64,000 nucleotides of DNA. Source: Vitrella brassicaformis CCMP3155. Lineage: Eukaryota > Protista > Chromerida. The notes below the pieces were generated by a model. That model made no database searches. It saw only the letters and a list, made by a program, of their open reading frames with translations, and was not told where the DNA came from. A program made the position numbers and the translations under genes. Within the stretch, counting starts at the first letter, position 1. Each line of letters begins with the position of its first letter. The stretch is from assembly GCA_001179505.1 (NCBI GenBank), contig CDMY01000791.1, positions 1 through 64,000 of the forward strand, read 5' to 3'. This document shows, one piece after another, positions 1 through 9,663 of the stretch.

Positions 1-134
1 GCGTGCCCGTACGTGTGGACTTCGCGCAACAGATGAAATCAAAGTTGTCTAAGTACATGCTACGACGTCAGGCCTTTTTCACAAGAGTTGATCACGGAAA
101 TATTGATTGGTTCATTCATTCAATCGTCCATCGT
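1..134 (+). repeat. Dispersed repeat copy; near-identical copy at 52115-52248
   Basis: gcgtgcccgtacgtgtggacttcgcgcaacagatgaaatcaaagttgtctaagtacatgctacgacgtcaggcc...tcacaagagttgatcacgga recurs in the same orientation at 52115, with few differences. Confidence 0.9.
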
Positions 135-587
135 CCATCAGATCGCTCCATGCATACATGAAGAGAACAGACACATAGCACCTCAGATGTTCCCCGTCCT
201 CCGTGGTGTGAGAGTCGTCACATACCAGACGCCCCCAGACACCCATAGCATAATACCTACTGAGGAGAAGAAAAAGACCAACCAGCCACCAGGACGCGGC
301 TGAACGGAGGGAGGGAAGAGAGGGCGCAGCTACTCAGTCGGTCATGCAGCATGCAGAATGACATGTATATAAGACAGACATACTCGTTGGCCCAACCAAC
401 AACAGCCAAACACACAGGGAGCCATGAGACGGGCCACAAGCAAGCAGAGACGAGCTACTCTGTGAACGGAACACGGCAGATCAGATCAGATCAGTAGGAC
501 GTCATGTGGCTAATCTCTCTCTCCCCCACCCGCCCATCGTTCGGCTGACTGACACTCAGACAGGCTCACATCGACATAGACAATGCG

Positions 588-1085
588 CTAATGATAGCAA
601 GTGCAGTCGCAGGGATGGATGTGATCCTCAAAGGGACGTTCAATGGGGTGATGGTCACACTTACAGTCACAACCCGTATGCCAGCGACCATGACACTCAC
701 ACGGACAGTTGTAGGTACGGCTGTGAAAGTAGTCACAAAATCCCGGCAACCCCCCACCGCACCAACAATCACAGCCATCCTCATGGGAGTGATTGAGGTT
801 GGGTAACACGTTCAACTTTAGAGCCCTCAGTTCCAGACTGTCACCACCCTCCTGCACACACACAGGACAGACACGACAGACACACACATACCCACACAAG
901 GGAGCGACAGGCGGACAGACGCATCCACATCCATCCATGTGACAGAGAGCAGCACAGGCCCATGCATTCCTTACCATCGACGGATCAGTGACGGCCGCGG
1001 CCTCCTGCAGCTTGCGCAGGGGTGTTGCGGCGCACAGAGCACCGGCCATCAGGAGGGCACCAACCAGGCACAGAGGCACCTTCAT
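588..1085 (-). CDS. Small secreted His/Cys-rich protein (family member A), about 124 aa, 2 exons (1085-975, 851-588)
   Basis: Exon 1 MKVPLCLVGALLMAGALCAATPLRKLQEAAAVTDPSM has a signal peptide and RKLQE. A phase-0 GT..AG intron follows. Exon 2 is EGGDSLELRALKLN...HSHEDGCDCWCGGGLPG...CPCEC...CDCKC...HPCDCTCYH, ending in TAG. It is paralogous to 49138-49716. Confidence 0.85.
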   Translation of the reverse strand: MKVPLCLVGALLMAGALCAATPLRKLQEAAAVTDPSMVRNAWACAALCHMDGCGCVCPPVAPLCGYVCVCRVCPVCVQEGGDSLELRALKLNVLPNLNHSHEDGCDCWCGGGLPGFCDYFHSRTYNCPCECHGRWHTGCDCKCDHHPIERPFEDHIHPCDCTCYH

Positions 1086-1363
1086 CGCGGGAGAACAGGC
1101 GAGAAAAGGACAAGGGAAAACAAACTGAGAAGGAAGGAAGGCGGAATGAAGAGTGGAGCTGGGACCTATTGGGATCTGTCCCTCTTCCCATTTCCCACTG
1201 GGAACGGGACACCCAACGTCCGAAACCGAAGGCACACCCAAACGCATGCTCCGTCCAAAATGGGCAATGGGAAGTTCCCAGCTCAGATTCTTCATTCCGC
1301 CTTCCTTCCTTCTCAGTTTGTTTTCCCTTGTCCTTTTCTCGCCTGTTCTCCCGCGATGAAGGT
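1078..1363. repeat. Inverted repeat spanning the divergent promoter: 75-bp identical arms at 1078-1152 and 1289-1363, 136-bp spacer
   Basis: The reverse complement of 1078-1152 equals 1289-1363 (tcttcattccgccttccttcc...gttctcccgcgATGAAGGT). Weaker similarity extends through both first exons (975-1478). Confidence 0.9.
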
Positions 1364-4227
1364 CCTTCTGTGCCTGTTTGGTGCCCTCCTGGTGGCCGGT
1401 GCTCTGTGCGCTGATGACGTGAAGCACCCATCCTCCCTGCGCAAGCTGAGTCCTCAGGGCGTCGCTGATCCGTCGACGGTAAGGACATGCAACATGGCCA
1501 CAACTTGCTCATGCTGCCTCTGCGTCACCGTGGGTTTGCATGCGTCTGTTTATCCGTCGGTCCCTATGTGTGTGTGTGTGTGTGTGTGTATGCATGCAGC
1601 AGGGTGATGAAGCTCCTGTGAGGGCGCTGCATGGACCTCACCGCGACCACGATGATGACCATCACCACGACCATGACTACACCGACCGCGTGGCCCTCGG
1701 TTTCGTCATGACCACCATCGCCGGTAGGTACGCACGTGTGTCGATATGACGCAGATGCCTGATGTGGCGCCGGTCACTCGCTGTTGATGTGCTGTTGTGC
1801 GCGTGCAGGTTTGTCCACTGCTGTGGGCAGTGCGCTCTCCTTCTGCCTTCCCAAGCACAATGGCAAGGTACGTGTGCTGCACGTGTGTTTGAATCCGCAC
1901 GTACTCCGCGATGAATACATGTATGTCTATATCCGCGTGCGGACGCATGCCCACATTATCGGTGTCTGCAGATGCTTGCGGTGTTGTGCATGTCTCTGTC
2001 TGCGGGCGTCATGCTCTACGTGTCGTTCGGGGAGATCCTCAGCAAAAGCATCGTACGATCGATCGACATGCACGCACACGCACTCCCAACAAACAGCGCG
2101 TGCGTGTTTGTACATAAATGCACATTTTGAATGTATTGTGCAATGAATAGGACGAGTTTCGTGAGGCGATTAGCGACGGGGGGGAGGCGTACGCCAACGC
2201 TACGCTGTGCTTTTTCGGCGGTACGCTCACACGCATCCACATGTGGCCACACAAACATACACCTGCACACAAAACAAACAACATACCTACGTGTGCATCA
2301 ATCGACAGGTATCCTTGCGGCGATGCTGCTCGATTACGCCCTGGATTCCATGTTCAAAGTACTTGAAGCCAACACTCACTCCATGGACACACAATGACAT
2401 GCACAAACATCGAATGATGCCGTGACGCGTGTGCTTGCAGTGGAGCCAGACCGAGCCCGAGGCGCCCAGCAACAGCAGCCCAGTGCCCGACACATCGCCC
2501 GATGTACGAAGTGCATAGAACACAGACAGACAGACAGACAGACACGATATGACATGCCACACATAACGATTGGCTGACGTGCATGTACACATATGTGGCT
2601 GCAGAGTGGGGCAGACCGACAGCAGCTTCAAGAGGAACATAACGACACTGAGCATGGTGCGCACACAACAACCAACATCACAACCTGTGTTCGTGTACGT
2701 GAACCCATGGATATGGGCGGATGGATGGATGGAATGGTGGCAGGCGGCCGCGGTGGAGGCCCTCTCGCGCGAGAAAAAGTACTGTGTGGAGAGACACTAG
2801 CTGTGGTGGGTGCGCACACCACATACAACACACGAAGAGACACGCATATGTACGCCCTACATGCGTGTACACGGACGTGCCTCTCTGTATGATGTCCGCA
2901 CACACATGTCATGGATGTACACAGGTGATTGAGCAGTCTCTCTGCGGCGATGATAAGACCAGGACGCCGCCAACCGACGGTGAGGGCGCGTCATTCATAC
3001 GTCCGTTCACACACTCACCCGGACACGTGCATGCGAGTCGATCAACAAATACGCACGTGGTGTGTGTGTGTGTGTGTGTGTACAGATGCTGGGATTCTGG
3101 ACCAGGAGAACAGCACATCAGAAGAGAACATAAAGGAGGTCCGTCCGTCCGTACACCTGACGTGCCGGCCACGTACATACATGTGCGCATGTCATCTGTA
3201 TGTGTTTTTGATTCATTCATACAGCCTCAGAAGGGTTCGTTGGAGAAGCAGCGGGCTGACAAAGCGGCCCTCAAAAACCTCGGGATATTCAGGTACGCAC
3301 ATGGGAACGAGACGCCGACACTGCAATATCGGTTCGGTTTATCACCGATCGACCAGCGGTCTTGCACTAGCCATGCACAACTTCCCCGAAGGTTTGGCCA
3401 CGTTCGCTGCGACACTGGCGGATCCAACCTTCGGACTCGGTACGTGCCACACTCTCGCATCGCACACACGCCAAGGATTTACATTTATTGGTGTGTGCGC
3501 ACAGGGGTGGCCGTTGCCATCGCCATCCACAATATTCCCGAGGGAATTGCCGTCAGGTATACACGAATACGCGACTGACACGCACAGATGGCTCCACGGA
3601 CGGGCACTCTGCTGCCATTGTGTACATTTGATCAGTGTGCCGATCTTCTACGCAACGGGCAGCAAGTGGAAGGCATTCGGTACGTCCGCACACACATGCA
3701 CACGTACAAATTTTATGCTTCTTGTGTGGGTGTGTGGTGTACAGGCTGGTCGCTGCTCAGTGGCATTGCCGAGCCAGTTGGGGCTCTACTAGGTCAGTGA
3801 GTCAAGTGATTGCATCCATCCATTTGTCTGTCCACGCGCTCTCACACATGAATGCCACTCAGGCTACCTGGTGCTGATTCACGTGATGTCGCCCACTGCA
3901 TTCGCCATTCTGTTCGGTACGTCTGTCTGCATGTTTGTGTATGCACCCGTGTGTGCCCACATGCACGCAGTGTTCTTGTGTCTCGATGGGGCTTGGCTTG
4001 CAGGTTTGGTGGGCGGTATCATGATTCATATATGCATCAAGAAGCTGATACCCACCGCACTCAAATACGACCCACAAGTACGCCATCCACACACAGATCC
4101 ATCCTTCCTTCCTCCCATCAACACACGTGTGTGCGTGCGTGGTGTTTAGGATCGTGTGACGTCCAACACGTGTCTGCTGGGCATGGCCGTCATGGCGCTT
4201 TCACTCGTGCTGTTCCAAGTCGTCTGA
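1356..4227 (+). CDS. ZIP-family (ZupT/GufA-like) divalent metal transporter with signal peptide and His-rich N-terminal ectodomain, about 19 exons
   Basis: Spliced reconstruction gives [134 protein letters not shown] and GMAVMALSLVLFQVV, ending in TGA at 4225-4227. HNFPEG/HNIPEG are the canonical ZIP TM4/TM5 motifs. Loop exons at 2441-3290 are less certain. Confidence 0.9.
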
Positions 4228-5849
4228 CTGATTGCTTCTGTATGTGTGAGACGTCAGACGTTCTTCGTACGATTTTAGGCCATGATCTGTCCCTCCATTC
4301 ACACGACAGTGATCCTGACTCTCGAAGTAGTTCGTGCCTCTGTGCGCTTCTTTTTCGGTTTGTCATGTGCGTGTGGGGGGTCCTGGGTGCCTTGGCAGCC
4401 GTCGGTGCCTGTCAGTCATTCGTGTGACGACTTATCTGATCTGCGTGTGACGACTGACTGCACACACCCTGATGAGTGTGCCTGTGCGTGACTGCATGTG
4501 TACGATTCCATGAGGGAAAGAGAGATACACGTTTTTGTGCGTCTGCACACGCGAGGTCGACAGATACCACATGCAAACAAATAAACAAAAGAGCGTTTCG
4601 AGTCTACGTCGTTTGAAGAAGTGGAGTTCAAGCACAGGAACGTCAAGAAGGGAGGGACGGGGGGAGATGAGTCGTCACATCCATCGGAGGGTACACACAC
4701 GGGATGGACACATGAGCTGTGGGATGGGGGGAGACAGAGACACCGACCTGACACTCAAACATATCGAAGTGAATGATCCAATAACGTTTGAGTCCATCTA
4801 TCTATCCATCTGTCGACTTACCCCTCAACATTGATACTGACTCGATCAAGCTTCAGCATCACCGGATCAGCACGACAGTTTTAAGAGGAATGCCCGTCAA
4901 CTGTCATCCATCTGCACATTTCGTTTTCATTTAATTAATGATCCATTGATGTTCGGGCGTCTCCTCATCGTGTCTGTGTGTGTCTCTGTCTACCCATCCC
5001 AACCCCATGTGTCTGTCTAGCCCCCACATAGCAGTCCGTACACTCTGCGCGTGTGACCACGGCTGCTGAGTGACGGCCAGTGTGTGTATGTGCCTGTACG
5101 TACAACATACAAACGCAACCATTGATCAATCACAAAAATGTCTGCCATAGCTATCTGGTGCCAGTGGTCGCGGCGGAGGTTGTGCAGGGTGGGGGAGCGA
5201 CACACTCTTGACCACTCTGTGGTGATCAGATAGACAAGGGCGGAGATGAAGGCAGCTGCGGCTGTGCACCACGTGGCCGATAGCCATATAAAACATACAT
5301 CAAATTTGTGACTCAGGGTGGGGTTTCGCGTATTATATGCCCAAGGTAGCCGTCTTACGTGATTAGCGTTTGGAGCAAGGCGATGAATGGACTGTTGATT
5401 CAGGAGTCGCGAAAACGGACTGACAGGCAGGAAGGTTCATTCAATGAGCATCTCGCTAATAACGAGGCATCTGAGCAGCCACTGACAAACGGCATCATAC
5501 GGCATCACCAAGTCATGACACACACAACCATCCATACCGACTCTCACTGAGGACACGACACACCACACCGCAGACAGAAACTCGTATACCTTTGGTTGGC
5601 CACAGTGAGTGAGTGAGCGAGCGAATGATTCGGTGAGTGAGTGAGCAAGCAGCACCACACTACACTCCTACACCCCACGCAGTTAGCACCATCCATCCAT
5701 CCATCCAGAACACCTCTCGAGAGACCTTCGTCCATCGTGGCCATAGGCACAGCCAGCATTCATCCACGACAACGCAAACAAAAAGAGAGAGAGTTAGGGA
5801 GGGAGGGACGGAGGGAGGGAGTTTCCTGTCTGTCTGGCTGCCTAGGTGG

Positions 5850-7045
5850 CTAGCAGAGTGTTCCATTGTCGCTGTGCACAGTCGTTGACGCGCTGCCATT
5901 CTCCTGCTGCAACAGCTCGTCACCCATTGCAGGCCTGTCACTCACACATGCAGATAGAACGTACACCCGCCGCAGAAATACACACAACACGCCCTCACCG
6001 TAATCCCTCACCCCCCGCCGACTGGCTCACTCACCTTGTGTTATCTGGGTTCTGCCCTCTGGCCGAGAGCACCACGCGCAGCAGCCTGACCTCATCTTCA
6101 CGCGCCCTCACCGTCGCCTGCAGCTCACCCACCATCTGCTCGTACCTACATCCCCCATCCATCCATCCATCAGTCCGTGCAGAACCAACCATACACATAC
6201 ACACACGTCCAGTCCATGAGTGTGCATCCGTGTGTGTGTGTGTGCGTTGCCTGTTTTTCTCGGCGGTGAGTGTGTCGACGGCGTGTCGGGCGTTCTCCTG
6301 GAGCTCGAGGATGCGGTGGCGGTAGGCCTCAAGCTCACCACGGTACTCCTTCTCGGCATGGGCAGCCGCTTCACGGTGCGTGTGCCTAACATACACATAC
6401 ACACATGCACAGGTGGACAGGTGCCACGGCATGTGCCATTGCTTCCATCCAGCCTGGGCCTAAATGCGGTGCCTGCCTCCCTACCCCTCTCCCAGCTTGA
6501 CTTACTGAGTGGCTTCGAGCTCACTCACACGTGCCCTCAGCTCCTTCATCTTCTCCTCGGACCTACACCACGGAAAGACCGACCAGCAGACAGATTGAAA
6601 ATACAGCCCGTCAATCACTCACCCAGCCAGCCACCAACGCACCTATTACCTTGTTTTGTCCTTGTTGGCTCTGCTGGCCTCCGTCTGCCGGTCTGTCACA
6701 CTCTGTTCGAGCACATGGACCTGCTGCTGAAGCCTGCACACACACACACACACACACACGCATCCATCATGTTCACTGATCGATCGTCCGGATGGGTACA
6801 TCAGTCACAGCGTCACAGCGTCATACTGCTGGAGCACATAGACTTACTGGTAGAGTTTGGCTTCCATGGGTTCGATTTTGGCCTGCAGTGCCTGTTTGTC
6901 TGCCCTGAGTGAGGTGACCTCGCTCTGCCTCAGCCGCAGCTCCTCGAGGGCCTCGTCCTTGTCCTTGACACGCTCCTCGAGCTGACTCCGTAGACGGCCC
7001 ACTGACCTAGAAGAACTGCACACGCCCACACACACACACACACAC
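5850..7045 (-). pseudogene. Duplicated 3' exons of the coiled-coil gene at 7887-9525 (no own 5' end)
   Basis: About 5687-7045 is a diverged direct copy of about 7706-9047. It has the same exons (QLEERVKDKDEALEELRLRQ, EKEYRGELEAYRHRILELQE, YEQMVGELQATVRARE) and the same terminal exon PAMGDELLQQENG...GTLC*. Confidence 0.65.
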
Positions 7046-7384
7046 ACCCGCACAAAAATGCACAGAGAGAGAGTGAAACACTGGGGGCCGGGGAGCAGTG
7101 TTAAGTTCAAGTAGAGAGAAGGTGCCTGCACCCACACAGAGGCTGAGCGCGTGAGGATTTTGTGTTCATAGTTTGCCTGTGTTGTGTGTGGAAGGACACC
7201 GGATGGGCGTGTGTGTGGAGGACGGCAGGTGCTGCTGAGGTGTTTCCCATGTCGGTCCACCTAGGGGAGCTCTAAGTAGAACACCTATGGTCTCCTTCCA
7301 AAGCGCAATCGCATCCTCATCAATGTCAAACATACGCTTTGCTTTGGCTTTGAGCAGCGTCGCCTGGTCGTTGAGAATGGGCAG

Positions 7385-7601
7385 CATCTTCCTGAAGACA
7401 GGCAGACAGAAACAGAGAGAGATCTCAGCTGGGGAGCCTTCTGGCTGCTTCTCGCTTCGTATGTGGCCTTTCTGTGCGGGAGCCTCTCTGCTGGCTCTCT
7501 GGGGTTCGGGGTTTGCCAACCCTGAACCCTAAACCCTAAGTTATGTGTAGGGTTTGCGAATTTCGTGAATATATGCGGTTGGTGTGCAGGAGTGCGCAGC
7601 A
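7385..7601 (-). repeat. Dispersed cassette with telomere-like AACCCTAAACCCTAA and hairpin, copy 1
   Basis: Aligns with 32511-32753 (ccttctggctgc...gtggcctt...gagcctctctg...accctaaaccctaa...gtgtagggtttgcgaatttcgtgaa...gtgtgcaggagtgc). Confidence 0.8.
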
Positions 7602-7886
7602 CGCACGCAGACACATTCACACACACGACTTCACACCATAACCAGCAGCAGGTCGGGCCGTGTCGAGAGCCACACACGCGCACACAGCGGATCGGCTCGG
7701 CACAGCACACATCCATCCATCCATCCATCCAGAACACCTCTCGAGAGACCTTCGTCCATCGCCATAGGCGCAGCCAGCATTCATCCACAACAACGCAAAC
7801 AAAAAGAGAGAGAGTTAGGGAGGGAGGGAGGGAGAAAGGGACTTTCCTGTCTGTCTGTCTGGCTGTCTGTCTGGCTGCTTAGGTGG

Positions 7887-8742
7887 CTAGCAGAGTGTTC
7901 CATTGTCGCTGTGCACAGTCGTTGACGCGCTGCCATTCTCCGGCTGCAACAGGTCGTCACCCATTGCAGGCCTGTCACTCACACACACACGCAGATAGAA
8001 CGTACACCCGCCGCAGAAATACACACAACACGCCCTCACCGTAATCCCTCACCCCCCACCGACTCACTCAGTCACTGACCTTGTGTTATCTGGGTTCTGC
8101 CCTCTGGCCGAGAGCACCACGCGCAGCAGCCTGACCTCATCTTCACGCGCCCTCACCGTCGCCTGCAGCTCACCCACCATCTGCTCGTACCTACATCCCC
8201 CATCCATCCATCAGTCCGTGCAGAACCAACCATACACATGCACACACGTCCAGTCCATGAGTGTGCATCCCTGTGTGTGTGTGTGCGTTGCCTGTTTTTC
8301 TCGGCGGTGAGTGTGTCGACGGCGTGTCGGGCGTTCTCCTGGAGCTCGAGGATGCGGTGGCGGTAGGCCTCAAGCTCACCACGGTACTCCTTCTCGGCAT
8401 GGGCAGCCGCCTCACGATGCGTGTGCCTAACATACACAACATGCACATACACATACACACAGATGGACAGGCGATTCCTTGCTGCCTCCCTACCCCTCTC
8501 CCAGCTTGACTTACTGAGTGGCTTCGAGCTCACTCACACGTGCCCTCAGCTCCTTCATCTTCTCCTCGGACCTACACCACGGAAAGACCGACCAGCAGAC
8601 AGATTGAAAATACAGCCCGTCAATCACTCACCCAGCCAGCCACCAACGCACCTATTACCTTGTTTTGTCCTTGTTGGCTCTGCTGGCCTCCGTCTGCCGG
8701 TCTGTCACACTCTGTTCGAGCACATGGACCTGCTGCTGAAGC

Positions 8743-8774
<32 letters not shown>

Positions 8775-9525
8775 CCATCATGTTCACTGATCGATCGTCC
8801 GGATGGGTACATCAGTCACAGCGTCACAGCGTCATACTGCTGGAGCACATAGACTTACTGGTAGAGTTTGGCTTCCATGGGTTCGATTTTGGCCTGCAGT
8901 GCCTGTTTGTCTGCCCTGAGTGAGGTGACCTCGCTCTGCCTCAGCCGCAGCTCCTCGTGGGCCTCGTCCTTGTCCTTGACACGCTCCTCGAGCTGACTCC
9001 GCAAACGGCCCACTGACCTAGAAGAACTGCACACGCACACACACACAGACCATTGAATGATGCGTTCCCTTCCTCCTTCTTCGCTGCTCTCTTGGTTGCT
9101 CTCTTGGTCGCTTACTCCTGGGCCCGCTTCTGTTCCTCCTTCAGTCGGCTGTCGGCAGCCGCCAGTGCTGCCGCCGCCTGGTCGTGAGCATCAACCATCT
9201 CGGACAGCCTGGTGGGGAATGCACACACGATCGCGATGCATAGATCTGCATCAGTGAAAGCAGTGACGCACGTCTGTCTGTCGTACATCAATCACCTGTC
9301 TTTCAGCCTTCCTTCCGCATCGATATGCTCCGCAAGATCTTTCTCAAGAGCCCTGGCGGCCTCGTTCGTGGCAGTCAGCTCATCTGCATGCCGCTGCGCC
9401 TCGGTCGCCTTGACCTTCTCCACTTGTCGTCTGTGCAGCACATACGCGGCTGTCCCGGCTGCGCAGGCGCCTACTGCAGCGCCCAGAGCGACGTGAAGCA
9501 GTGGAGGCATCGAAGATGGCTGCAT
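7887..9525 (-). CDS. Coiled-coil protein with N-terminal hydrophobic anchor, multi-exon, function unknown
   Basis: Starts MQPSSMPPLLHVALGAAVGACAAGTAAYVLHRRQVEKVKATEAQ and continues through heptad-rich exons with GT-AG boundaries. Stop TAG at 7889-7887. Confidence 0.6.
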
Positions 9526-9548
9526 CTCCTCAGATATTCTCCCGCAGA

Positions 9549-9663
9549 TGTAGAGGATGGGGGGTGCCTCAGAGGGAGAGAGGAGGACCAAACGACTTGA
9601 GGGGAAGGCACACACACGAGAGTCTCGACCCATGTACCGTGTAACACAACACTCGCTCCAACA
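9549..9663 (-). repeat. 3' LTR (115 bp, TG...CA on minus strand)
   Basis: Minus strand reads TGTTGGAGCG...CTCTACA and is preceded by the purine tract gaagacagaagaggggg. Confidence 0.9.

Noticed and set aside
7508-7555. Telomere-like repeats as a true telomere or chromosome fusion site
   Set aside because: Only 2-3 units, embedded in a longer dispersed cassette. Reported as part of that cassette instead.
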